DNA from: a virus
Taxonomy: Duplodnaviria > Caudoviricetes
Length of the DNA: 61,480 bases
IMG/VR virus record: IMGVR_UViG_3300032290_001212
Span: 1-61,480 of that record
Strand: one strand, 5' to 3'
Numbering within the stretch: position 1 is the stretch's first letter; each line of letters opens with the position of its first letter. Made by a program: the position numbers and the translations under genes. Below are positions 47,315 to 55,626 of this stretch, one piece after another. The notes below the pieces were generated by a model. The model was not told the origin of the DNA and searched no databases. It saw nothing but the letters and a program-made list of their open reading frames with translations.

Positions 47315-47877
47315 TAGTTGTTTGCTGAAACGATTTCAACACCCTCGACACCTGCACACGCCTTCTCAATGGCCGCTGTGATTTTGCCTTGGTGTGATGT
47401 TGGGGCTTTTACAAGCCAATAGCAGTATTGGAATGGGTCAAGGTTTCGTTTCCGTTTATCGTTCGGTGAGTCCGTTACATCAGCGATGAGTTTGTCTAAA
47501 TCGTTCGCATCAAACCCTGTGCCAGCAAGGGTGTCGTCAGATATCACATCGCGTAGCAAGCGTGTGAGTTCATCGCTGTCATACACAGCAAAGTCTGATG
47601 TGCGGTTGTCTGCCAACAAAATCTTTTTTGCTTGCAAATCGTCAACATCAACGACCATCGCCGGGATCGTGGTCATACCAACTTGTTTGGCCGCCTGCCA
47701 ACGATGGTTTCCAGCAAGAATCATCATCGTGGACTTCTGAACCACAATTGAGCCATAGAAACCGTTGGTTTTGATTGACTCAGCGATCTTGGCTACGTTG
47801 CCCTTACGAGGGTTTGATGGGTGAGGTTTTACGCTTTCAATCGAGAGATCGCATAATTGCCCATGCTGATAGTCCAT
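47314..47877 (-). CDS. ParB N-terminal (ParB/Srx) domain protein
   Basis: PHPSNPR, SIK.NGF, ILAGNHRW.AA, LADNR. Confidence 0.9.
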   Translation of the reverse strand: MDYQHGQLCDLSIESVKPHPSNPRKGNVAKIAESIKTNGFYGSIVVQKSTMMILAGNHRWQAAKQVGMTTIPAMVVDVDDLQAKKILLADNRTSDFAVYDSDELTRLLRDVISDDTLAGTGFDANDLDKLIADVTDSPNDKRKRNLDPFQYCYWLVKAPTSHQGKITAAIEKACAGVEGVEIVSANN

Positions 47878-47966
47878 GTTTGCTCCTTAGTTGGTGGCTC
47901 CCTGTGGGTGCGGAAAGGAGAAAACGCGACCCGACAGGGAGAGGGAGTCCACCTGCCATATGACGA

Positions 47967-48410
47967 TCAGGAGTGTATCAGAGAGCCGTATCGTGCGTAA
48001 GTGTCGTCAAGGTTGTGGGAAATGTAGATAATCTCTTGATTTTTCACTACAGCCCACTCAACTCCGTGCCAAGTTTTTTCGGTTTCACGCTGCCAAATCT
48101 GACAGCCCCCTTCACCATCAATAACCACCCAAGGATTCTCTCCCGGAGTTGTCATCTCAACCATTGGGCGAGAAAGCTTGCGCCTTCGATGCCTACCAGA
48201 ACGTTCCGCTTCCGTTAGTCCACCCCAAATACCTTCTTCACCTTCTCCAGCTGCGAGACAAGGCTCAATTACAGAACAGGTTTCGCATATGGCTTTTGCG
48301 CGAAGTTCCCGGATCTTGCGATCCATATGTTTCTCTTCTTCTGATGGGAAAAACACCTGCGTGTCCTTGCCTCGGCAGGCGGCCTGTTCCATCCATCTCA
48401 CGCAACGCAT
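47967..48410 (-). CDS. whiB: WhiB-family transcription factor with C-terminal extension
   Basis: W...AACRG.D..FFP, AKAIC..C.V...C, GIWGGLTE.ER. Confidence 0.93.
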   Translation of the reverse strand: MRCVRWMEQAACRGKDTQVFFPSEEEKHMDRKIRELRAKAICETCSVIEPCLAAGEGEEGIWGGLTEAERSGRHRRRKLSRPMVEMTTPGENPWVVIDGEGGCQIWQRETEKTWHGVEWAVVKNQEIIYISHNLDDTYARYGSLIHS

Positions 48411-48457
48411 GGTACTACTAGCCGTTATTGGGTGCGGAACATGGTACTTTTTTGGCT

Positions 48458-48745
48458 ATGGCCGTAAGACACTACACATATAACCTCACCGCAACGCCAC
48501 AAGAACTGACTGGCTTGATTTCAACTGATCGCAAGCGACGTATCAGCCTTGTTTTTAACACCGATAAAAACAGCAACGACACAACAATGATCGGTGCATC
48601 CACCGTTACGGCAACCGATTTCGGTTTTCACCTTGATGCCGATGAACAATTTGTTCTTGAAGGCTGGTTTACCTCAACTGATCGGTTCTATGCTCGCGCA
48701 AAAACCACTACAGCCATTCTGCATGTTTTGGTAGCCGGGGCTTAA
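48458..48745 (+). CDS. Small beta-rich protein; the only convincing plus-strand gene
   Basis: TACTTT-7nt-ATG; fills the gap between whiB and the GATase. Confidence 0.65.
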   Translation: MAVRHYTYNLTATPQELTGLISTDRKRRISLVFNTDKNSNDTTMIGASTVTATDFGFHLDADEQFVLEGWFTSTDRFYARAKTTTAILHVLVAGA

Positions 48746-49548
48746 AAACCGTAAGCACGATCCATACGATCAACCAAGGACAGAGGGCGATGAGGAGCAG
48801 GGGATTCCCATTCCCACACCAATTCTTCTTCCTCACCATCAAGGGCAAGCATTCGTTTCTCAACGATCTCACCCTTGACAACCTTGAGATACATGCCCTC
48901 AGGCACTTCCCACACATCAACTAAACCAACATAGGCTTCACGACACGCATCACTCAAGATCTGTTTCGTTGAAGCGAACACCAAAGAACCGTTCCTTGTG
49001 TGACCGACCCACAATGGTGAACCATCCAAGCGAGCAAGGTGCATCGTTTTTGGATCATTGGCTTCATACCAACCGATTGCGGCACGACCCCACAGTTCGC
49101 CTAAACGGTTGAGATCATCAATGTTGGCGAGCAGTTGAAAGATGGCTTCTGAGTCCACCTGAGCGATTCTTTCCACGCCAAGTGCCTCGAATATCTCATC
49201 ATCGTTGCTGATGTGGCCGTTGTGAACACCAATGATTCCGGGAACGACAATTGGGTGGTTGTTGTCAGGGTTGGATTTGTCACCTTTGGTCGCATAGCGA
49301 GCGTGTAGCAACGCTGTGCGAGTGTATTTGGGGATCAGGCTGATGTTTCTGTCCACGAAACGATCCGCGTTTACAGGTTCTTTTGCGTAAAACAGTTCCA
49401 CGCCTTCTTCCGTGTTCTCTGACCAAACAGCACCTGTCGCATCACGACCTCGGCTTTGGATTTGACGTAGGAGTTTGTCCGAGAGCAGTCGTGTCCGAAT
49501 GACACGGTGATCCTTGTCGCTGATACTGAATCCTGCGATACCACACAT
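48742..49548 (-). CDS. Class II (Ntn) glutamine amidotransferase
   Basis: MCGIAG, RGRDATG, HARYAT.G, NNHP, HNG.I.N, VDSE. Confidence 0.92.
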   Translation of the reverse strand: MCGIAGFSISDKDHRVIRTRLLSDKLLRQIQSRGRDATGAVWSENTEEGVELFYAKEPVNADRFVDRNISLIPKYTRTALLHARYATKGDKSNPDNNHPIVVPGIIGVHNGHISNDDEIFEALGVERIAQVDSEAIFQLLANIDDLNRLGELWGRAAIGWYEANDPKTMHLARLDGSPLWVGHTRNGSLVFASTKQILSDACREAYVGLVDVWEVPEGMYLKVVKGEIVEKRMLALDGEEEELVWEWESPAPHRPLSLVDRMDRAYGF

Positions 49549-49550
49549 TG

Positions 49551-50645
49551 TTATTGACCTCCTGTAAGGGCTACTGCTCTTGCTTTTAGATATTCCTTGT
49601 CTGCCTCGGTGAAGAGGTTTTGTTTCGTGTCTAGTGGCTTTACGAGTGTGTCAAGCACACCGAACATTTCGCCACTTTCGTTCTCCAATTCTTTTTCAGC
49701 TGCGGTGAAGTCCACGAATGCGATCAGGAACTTGACCCAAGCAGAGATTTTCTTGGCGTTCAAAGAACCTTGGTGCAAACGCACTTCGTAAGTGCCTGCC
49801 TTTGGGAATGGCGTGATGTTCAACGATGAGGTTCGGTTGACTTGGGTTCTATCCGGGTCACGACCTGCCAAGATCAGTTGTTGCCATCTTGTTACTTCGG
49901 CAGGAACAACCGTCTTGCAGTAAGCGTTTGTCCAACGGCTACGAGAAACGAAGTGTTTGATCATGGTTTCGTTTGCGTACCATCGACCCACAAGTTCTGC
50001 TCGTTGCTCTTTGGTCATATCGCGAACACCGAGGTGAACATGAAGACCGCAACTTCTGCTAACTCCACCACCTGCCTCTTTGATCGCTTTCATCACCTTT
50101 TTGATTTGAGCGAAACCATCTTCGCCTTGAAGAATTGGTGAGATCACTTCGCCACCTGTGTAAACAGAACCGTCACGCTCAACTTTCCATTCCGTGTAAC
50201 CACTCACTTGTGCGTTGCAGGTTTCGCAAACTCTTCCGTGATACGGAAGCACGTGAATGTGTTGAACACCGAGAGCGAGAGCAACTTTTTCTGCCACGAT
50301 ACGGCGATCCATGTTGACATATTCAATTTCAACACCGAAGGTGCGAAGCGAAGTTTGTTGAACTTGTGGGTTCAAGATTCTTTGTACTGCACTTGGTTGA
50401 ACGTTGAATCGGCGTTGCGCGGCTAAACGACCTGCCTGTGATCTGCGAGGGTTTGGTGCAGTCAATGGTGGCAGGTTGTTTACTCTTGCGTGGCGTGAAG
50501 CCGAGAGGCGAGCGGTTGACTCGTTGTTGAATTGAAGTACTTGGGTGATGAACGCCCAAGATTCTCCTGAAATAACTCTGAGGTGATAAGCCTCTCTGTC
50601 ACGATCCACTTGGGTAAGTGGTCTTGCTGGTGAGATTGTCGGCAT
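49551..50645 (-). CDS. Putative amidoligase (COOH-NH2 ligase, Amidoligase_2)
   Basis: TFGVEIE, WKV..DGS, EVISP, CGLHVHLG, T.EVR.HQGSL. Confidence 0.9.
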   Translation of the reverse strand: MPTISPARPLTQVDRDREAYHLRVISGESWAFITQVLQFNNESTARLSASRHARVNNLPPLTAPNPRRSQAGRLAAQRRFNVQPSAVQRILNPQVQQTSLRTFGVEIEYVNMDRRIVAEKVALALGVQHIHVLPYHGRVCETCNAQVSGYTEWKVERDGSVYTGGEVISPILQGEDGFAQIKKVMKAIKEAGGGVSRSCGLHVHLGVRDMTKEQRAELVGRWYANETMIKHFVSRSRWTNAYCKTVVPAEVTRWQQLILAGRDPDRTQVNRTSSLNITPFPKAGTYEVRLHQGSLNAKKISAWVKFLIAFVDFTAAEKELENESGEMFGVLDTLVKPLDTKQNLFTEADKEYLKARAVALTGGQ

Positions 50646-50685
50646 CTCATTCCTTTCTGTAAGACTCCCTTGCCTTACATATAGA

Positions 50686-50715
50686 AGTATAGGGGCGAAA
50701 CTAGCCCTAGGTCAA
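50686..50715 (-). promoter_or_regulatory. Promoter P2
   Basis: TTGACC-18-TATACT; 32 nt identical to P3. Confidence 0.85.
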
Positions 50716-51144
50716 GTCAGCCATTTCTATGTGGAAAATCTTGCCCTCGGCAACCAGCCTCTCAAACGACCTTGGGGCGACCTTGTAATACAAGGAAAGC
50801 GACCAAGCCCTCGCATCAGGTTCTACGTCGGTTTCGCGACCTGAGAAGCCTTTGGCTTTGTTGTGCCGTTGAAGAGCGTGGCGAAACTCATGGATCACGG
50901 TCACCATTGAAGGCTTGCTCATATGAATGGTGTTGCTTGGTAAATGGTAATAACCGCTTCCAGCTGCGACTCCCTCAATGATCACAGGCATTGGAATGTC
51001 ATATTCGAGCGAGGCTTTCTGTACCCATTCCTGCATTTTGATCCACTTCCGGGAATCATTGCACCTGCCCCAATCTTTCATCATCACCTTCGTGATGGCG
51101 AGTGTGTTGGGCTTAAAGTTGTTGAACTTTTTGTGATATCTCAT
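50707..51144 (-). CDS. Zincin-like metallopeptidase
   Basis: GYY...NTI...TVIHEFRHALQ...E.DA..WS. Confidence 0.7.
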   Translation of the reverse strand: MRYHKKFNNFKPNTLAITKVMMKDWGRCNDSRKWIKMQEWVQKASLEYDIPMPVIIEGVAAGSGYYHLPSNTIHMSKPSMVTVIHEFRHALQRHNKAKGFSGRETDVEPDARAWSLSLYYKVAPRSFERLVAEGKIFHIEMADLT

Positions 51145-51244
51145 TGGTGATCATCACAGTTGCAGTCAGGTTCACACACATTTTGCGCGAACTCTTCCAA
51201 TACGGACATTAAAAGCATTTGTTGCTCTTGTTCTTCTTCAGTCA

Positions 51245-51430
51245 TTATTTCACTCCGATCACTTTTGAATTGATTATGACACCTTCGTGCATCACAAGGT
51301 TGGCGTAATAGGTTTTCTTACCATTTGGCCGCTTCACCGAGGCGCAATGAGTCCAACCGTTTCGTTGGTGCATCCAATCTGCTTCAACTAATTGAAGCAA
51401 CTCCCAATCTTGACCGTCTTCGTTAAACAT
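51245..51430 (-). CDS. Hypothetical protein
   Basis: Coupled to the upstream gene; start MFNED. Confidence 0.5.
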   Translation of the reverse strand: MFNEDGQDWELLQLVEADWMHQRNGWTHCASVKRPNGKKTYYANLVMHEGVIINSKVIGVK

Positions 51431-51699
51431 TATTTTTTCCCCTCCATTTCCAATGCTTCCGCATATTCTTCTTCTGTCGTGGTAATAGTTCCACAAAGGA
51501 TCAGAATGGCTCTTTCAAATTGCAATTCGCCATCTCGCACTAAACATTGATGTGCAGGTCTAAAACTTTTGATACCGCGGCCACTTTCACCAACTACTTC
51601 AACCGCTTCATCGTAAGTGAGATACCACTTCCCGGATTTGGATTGTCTCCAAACAAGGTCGTTTCTGCCACACCTTTTGCAAGTGACCGATTTTGCCAT
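51430..51699 (-). CDS. Zinc-ribbon early protein
   Basis: CKRCG...W...KSGKWYL...H.C; RBS GAGGAGG. Confidence 0.65.
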   Translation of the reverse strand: MAKSVTCKRCGRNDLVWRQSKSGKWYLTYDEAVEVVGESGRGIKSFRPAHQCLVRDGELQFERAILILCGTITTTEEEYAEALEMEGKK

Positions 51700-51735
51700 T
51701 TTCCTCCTCTGTCAGACTCCCTGCCTGACAAGACG

Positions 51736-51765
51736 AGTATAGGGGCGAAACTAGCCCTAGGTCAA
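51736..51765 (-). promoter_or_regulatory. Promoter P3
   Basis: TTGACC-18-TATACT. Confidence 0.85.
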
Positions 51766-51771
51766 GTAGCC

Positions 51772-52107
51772 CTAGATTTGCGCTCGAACATTGGCGTTCA
51801 GGGTTCTCAACGCATCAACCGACGTGCGAAGCGACAACAATTTTTCCCTCTTCGCCTTTACCAAAGCCTCAGCGATCTTGAACTGATACATCGTGTCCGA
51901 CATAGCCAAATCTGCAACTGCTTCCCGGTTACGAATAGAACCCTCAGCCTGAAGATATGCCTTCGCCCACATCGCTTTGTGTGTTGCCTCGGTTTCAGCT
52001 GCTCTTTGAGCAAGAACTTCAAACTCTTCTGTGTCGGCTTCCAAGTTGGAAAGCAGACGCATGATCTCTTCTTCTATCTGTCCTTGTGTGATTGGGCCGT
52101 TTCTCAT
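51772..52107 (-). CDS. Conserved helical protein (UvsY-like)
   Basis: AKAYL.A.G....REA.A...LRS/TL.AN.R pattern. Confidence 0.6.
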   Translation of the reverse strand: MRNGPITQGQIEEEIMRLLSNLEADTEEFEVLAQRAAETEATHKAMWAKAYLQAEGSIRNREAVADLAMSDTMYQFKIAEALVKAKREKLLSLRTSVDALRTLNANVRAQI

Positions 52108-52355
52108 TCTTCCGGGTGCTTTCGTAGATCTGCGAATAATGCTTGATCCGTGACACCACAAGCATCAGCGATCTGACGATAAGGAACTCGTTTCTCGCGC
52201 AAACGCCGAACAACTTTTCGCCGCTGTTTGCCTAGGCGCACAACTGACTGTTGGTGTTCTCGCATCATCTGTGTGAGTAAACGACATTTCTCTAAATCGT
52301 CTTGTTCGCTTTCATGCTTAATGGTGTCATCGTTGATAACAATGTTTGGTTCCAT
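52104..52355 (-). CDS. HTH DNA-binding protein
   Basis: YRQIADACGVT.QAL; upstream TATAAT and GGAGG. Confidence 0.7.
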   Translation of the reverse strand: MEPNIVINDDTIKHESEQDDLEKCRLLTQMMREHQQSVVRLGKQRRKVVRRLREKRVPYRQIADACGVTDQALFADLRKHPEE

Positions 52356-52396
52356 AACCCCTCCGACCGTGTTGGGCCGATTATAGGGGGGTAGTG

Positions 52397-52807
52397 TTAC
52401 GCCTCTAGCGAGCGAAGATATGCGTCACCTTTGGCGGTGATTTTGCAGATTCTTTGCAGTTCACCTGCCGTAGATTTAGCAAAATCTCCTGTTGGAACGA
52501 TAAAGCCCATCGCACGTAGTTCTGAGCAACGCTTCCAGTAACAGCAACGAGGTTTCAGAGCAAGCCCGGTGAACATTCCTACCTCTTCATCGGTGAAGCC
52601 TCGACCGCTACCGAAAGCTTTGAGAATGATTACCTGTTGCGATGGTGAGCGTTTGACCGCACCTTTCGCTGCTTTCTTGCTAGTGACTGGATCAGAGTTT
52701 CTGAAGAGCGGAATGATTGTCGCATTCACTTCTTCTTTCTTTCCCCCTAATCCGTTAGATGGATGGAATAGTTGTCCTTGTTCCCGGTTCATAAAGTTCT
52801 CCTTCAA
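52397..52807 (-). CDS. Winged-HTH hypothetical protein
   Basis: R.SDP.TS..AA, G.TDEE, WKRCSELR..G.I. Confidence 0.7.
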   Translation of the reverse strand: MKENFMNREQGQLFHPSNGLGGKKEEVNATIIPLFRNSDPVTSKKAAKGAVKRSPSQQVIILKAFGSGRGFTDEEVGMFTGLALKPRCCYWKRCSELRAMGFIVPTGDFAKSTAGELQRICKITAKGDAYLRSLEA

Positions 52808-53177
52808 CTTTTATGGTGATTTTGTTTTCCTTTTGTCTTGATGGCGCATGAAATGAGATCGTTGTTACGTGATCTCCTGTGTCATCAGGAAACAAATTAG
52901 CATCAACCATTCCGTCAATCGCTGCTTTTACTGCTGGCATACAGGCTGCGGTGTCCTGTAATCGCCCCTTTAGTTCAAGGGTGACCTCGACTGTTGCATC
53001 TGTAAGGGTGGTGTTTGGGCTGAGGGTGGCGAAATGTTCTCTCCACATTTTTGTGTTCTTGGCTCGTTCCCAACGGTTGCCTGCTCGTTCCGCGTTCACA
53101 GTCCAAGGTCGCATCCACACCTCAAAGGTGAACACCTGCCTGTAACCACTTGTTGAGGCTGTCACCTTGGATTCCAT
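52755..53177 (-). CDS. RusA-like Holliday junction resolvase
   Basis: D......VKAAIDG.VDA..FPDD. Confidence 0.75.
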   Translation of the reverse strand: MESKVTASTSGYRQVFTFEVWMRPWTVNAERAGNRWERAKNTKMWREHFATLSPNTTLTDATVEVTLELKGRLQDTAACMPAVKAAIDGMVDANLFPDDTGDHVTTISFHAPSRQKENKITIKVEGELYEPGTRTTIPSI

Positions 53178-53186
53178 TGACCAAGA

Positions 53187-53567
53187 CTACTTTTCAGGTT
53201 TGCGTAGCAAGCCTTTACTCATCGCCTCTGCCGGGTTCGCATGAACATATTGGTGACATGCCGTGCATAAAGCCAAAAGGTTTGAAGGATCGTGGCCGCC
53301 ACCTTGAGATCGGCGCAACACATGATGCACGGCTTCTGCTTGTCCAGTACACACCTGTAACCGTGCTTCGCATACGCCTTGGCTTCGTTCGGCCACCACT
53401 TTCCGGGATTTAACTAAAGCCCCATCGGTTTTGACACGTCGCTTTATTGGCTTGCGTTTGATCGGTTTCTGTGACCTTTTGAGAGGTGTGCGCTTGAGAG
53501 GCTTTTTAGGCTTCAAGTTCGATGGTGGCTTTCCCTTGCTCCAACGCATCGTTAGCAGTTGCCACAA
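53187..53567 (-). CDS. HNH endonuclease
   Basis: CE...C, HH...RSQGG...SNLLALC..CH..VH; start probably downstream. Confidence 0.88.
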   Translation of the reverse strand: MWQLLTMRWSKGKPPSNLKPKKPLKRTPLKRSQKPIKRKPIKRRVKTDGALVKSRKVVAERSQGVCEARLQVCTGQAEAVHHVLRRSQGGGHDPSNLLALCTACHQYVHANPAEAMSKGLLRKPEK

Positions 53568-54009
53568 GTTCCTTCAACACTTCTCGATCTAACGACTTCG
53601 CCATACTGTCGTACATCCTGAGGAAGTTTGAGCGAAGCACATCAACATTCTCCGACATACAGATATCACGCCAACCAATTGCCTTCACAACAGCCTCTGT
53701 GGTCGCATGAGAGAACTCAGGAACGCCGCTACGGCCCTTCTCGCTTACTTGCCGTAAAACATCCTGCCAAGCCATTGCAGGGGCTGGAGATACCGCCCCG
53801 GATATTCGAGCGACCGCGTTGAGGATCTGTGCAGGGGAAGGGAAGAACTCTGATTCTCGGACTATCTCTTTTGCCGCAACCATCACATCCGGGGCAGGCA
53901 AACCGCTCAGAACATCGTGGAAAACTATCGCCGTTTGTTTCGTAACCTTCGCATTAGGAAAAGCCGCAGCCAAATAACCCAAAACTTCTGCTGTTTCATG
54001 TTTGTTCAC
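53506..54009 (-). CDS. Replicative helicase loader/inhibitor (G39P-like)
   Basis: E...VL.YL.AAFP, FFPSPA.I, AW..V, IGW..IC.SEN. Confidence 0.75.
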   Translation of the reverse strand: MNKHETAEVLGYLAAAFPNAKVTKQTAIVFHDVLSGLPAPDVMVAAKEIVRESEFFPSPAQILNAVARISGAVSPAPAMAWQDVLRQVSEKGRSGVPEFSHATTEAVVKAIGWRDICMSENVDVLRSNFLRMYDSMAKSLDREVLKELVATANDALEQGKATIELEA

Positions 54010-54770
54010 AACTCCTCCAAAAAGTCTCTAATTCCATCAAATCCACGTGGCTCATTCTGCTGTCTTTCGCGTTGAGCCTGCAAACGCATCGTGTCGTACT
54101 TCGCTCTTAGTTTTCCCGGAGACAAAATGTTCGCTTTCCAGAAATCGTTTTGCTGTGACCACCGAATACACGCCTCAACCTGCTGTGATGTTCGCCCATC
54201 AAGGCGCAAGATCTTGTCCATGTCGTGAACCCACTTCTCGGTGATGTTGGGTGACTTGCATCCGTTGAGAACCATCAAGCTTGAGAGCAAATGGCAAAGC
54301 CGTGAGGCTTCTGACATGTTTCCTATGTACGGTTCTTTTACGGTTATGTACGGTTTGGGTGCATCTCCTGCACCCCGTTCTGTCGTCATATGCACCCCGT
54401 TCGGTATGACATGCACCCCGTTAGTGTCGTCAAATGCACCCCGTTCATCAACGACCTGCTCCTCCTGCACCTCGTTACGAAGACCCAAAGCCAAGTTCCA
54501 ACCTTGCGGCCTACGGTCATGTCGAGGGATATGAGCTGCCACTATCCGAGGATCGCATCGGTAAATGACACCAAGTTCTTCCAATTCATCCAACTTCAGG
54601 CGTATGGCGCGTTCAGACAGCAACGTGTACCGCTGGATCGTGCCAACGGAAGGAAAAGCTGCCGTACCATCAGGGCGAGCATGATTAGCAAGGGCAAGCA
54701 ACACTAACTTTTGGGTGGGCGATTTACAGGGTGCGTGATTTAACGCCCACGAATACGCCTCAACACTCAC
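54006..54770 (-). CDS. Replication initiator protein (N-terminal HTH_36-like)
   Basis: KLVLLALANHA..DG..AFPS; C-term FWKANILSP.KLR.KYD.M; internal iterons. Confidence 0.88.
   Translation of the reverse strand: MSVEAYSWALNHAPCKSPTQKLVLLALANHARPDGTAAFPSVGTIQRYTLLSERAIRLKLDELEELGVIYRCDPRIVAAHIPRHDRRPQGWNLALGLRNEVQEEQVVDERGAFDDTNGVHVIPNGVHMTTERGAGDAPKPYITVKEPYIGNMSEASRLCHLLSSLMVLNGCKSPNITEKWVHDMDKILRLDGRTSQQVEACIRWSQQNDFWKANILSPGKLRAKYDTMRLQAQRERQQNEPRGFDGIRDFLEEL
54369..54476. repeat. Iterons / replication origin within rep
   Basis: TGCACCCCGTT at 54369, 54391, 54412, 54435 plus a variant at 54466 (21-23 bp spacing). Confidence 0.8.
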
Positions 54771-54830
54771 AAAAACCCATATCTAAAGCCTCAGAACGAA
54801 AAAGTAGAGCGAAATCTAGTGCGAAATAAA

Positions 54831-54871
54831 GAGCCGAGACTGGCGAATCCGACAAACACCAGCCCCGGCTC
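54831..54871 (-). terminator. Intergenic hairpin (terminator-like)
   Basis: GAGCCG.G.CTGG / CCAG.C.CGGCTC stem followed by a T-rich tract on the minus strand. Confidence 0.5.
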
Positions 54872-54894
54872 ACTTCCTGAAACTTACCTTCCGA

Positions 54895-55626
54895 TCAAAA
54901 AGGCTCTTCTTCAGGAAGCATCTCAACGATTGGCTGAGGGTTCATCAACGAATCAATGACCTGCGAAGCCTCTCGACTGTTCATATCTTTGGCCGTACTC
55001 AACGCATGACCAACGATCCCTGCACAATAGCCAACCACATCGCTGATCTGGTTATCTTTTGCCAACTTGTTGATCAAGAACACCTGCTTCTCTGAAACAG
55101 GGTTGCCTGCTGATGCCTGCTTTGCCGTAGGGCGAGCTACAGACGCATTAGAAGGCTGCTGAGGCTGAGTTGGGGCATTTACTACCGTGCTTCCCGGAAA
55201 GGACTTCGTAACCGTCTGTACCGTCACTCCACCGCTACCGCTGTCCTGCTTTGACCAGAGATTGAGCGCAATTCCGAAACGCATCGAACCGTTGCGTAAT
55301 AGATCGCCAATGAGCTCCTTCTCATAATCAGCCTTATCTGCCCTTGCAGAACCAACACAGATCATGGATTTGCCAAGCAGGGTTAGTTTCCCCCACATCG
55401 TTGCCATACCGTTTTCAATGTGAATGGCAGGCCGCCCATTGATCCATTCAATCGGTTCCCATGACCATCCGCTGTCCACTTGAATGAGAATGCGTGTGAT
55501 TTCCGAATGTGATACGTAACTGAGATTTACGCCATTCCGGGGGATCGTTCCCACGATCTTTGGATCTGGTGACGCATACTCGTCAAGCACCGCCCTCAAC
55601 AATTGACCATTTAACTCTTCACTCAT
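54895..55626 (-). CDS. Rad52/Sak-like single-strand annealing protein
   Basis: LSYVSH...L..VD..WSWE, KELIGD.LRN..MRFGIAL.LW. Confidence 0.8.
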   Translation of the reverse strand: MSEELNGQLLRAVLDEYASPDPKIVGTIPRNGVNLSYVSHSEITRILIQVDSGWSWEPIEWINGRPAIHIENGMATMWGKLTLLGKSMICVGSARADKADYEKELIGDLLRNGSMRFGIALNLWSKQDSGSGGVTVQTVTKSFPGSTVVNAPTQPQQPSNASVARPTAKQASAGNPVSEKQVFLINKLAKDNQISDVVGYCAGIVGHALSTAKDMNSREASQVIDSLMNPQPIVEMLPEEEPF

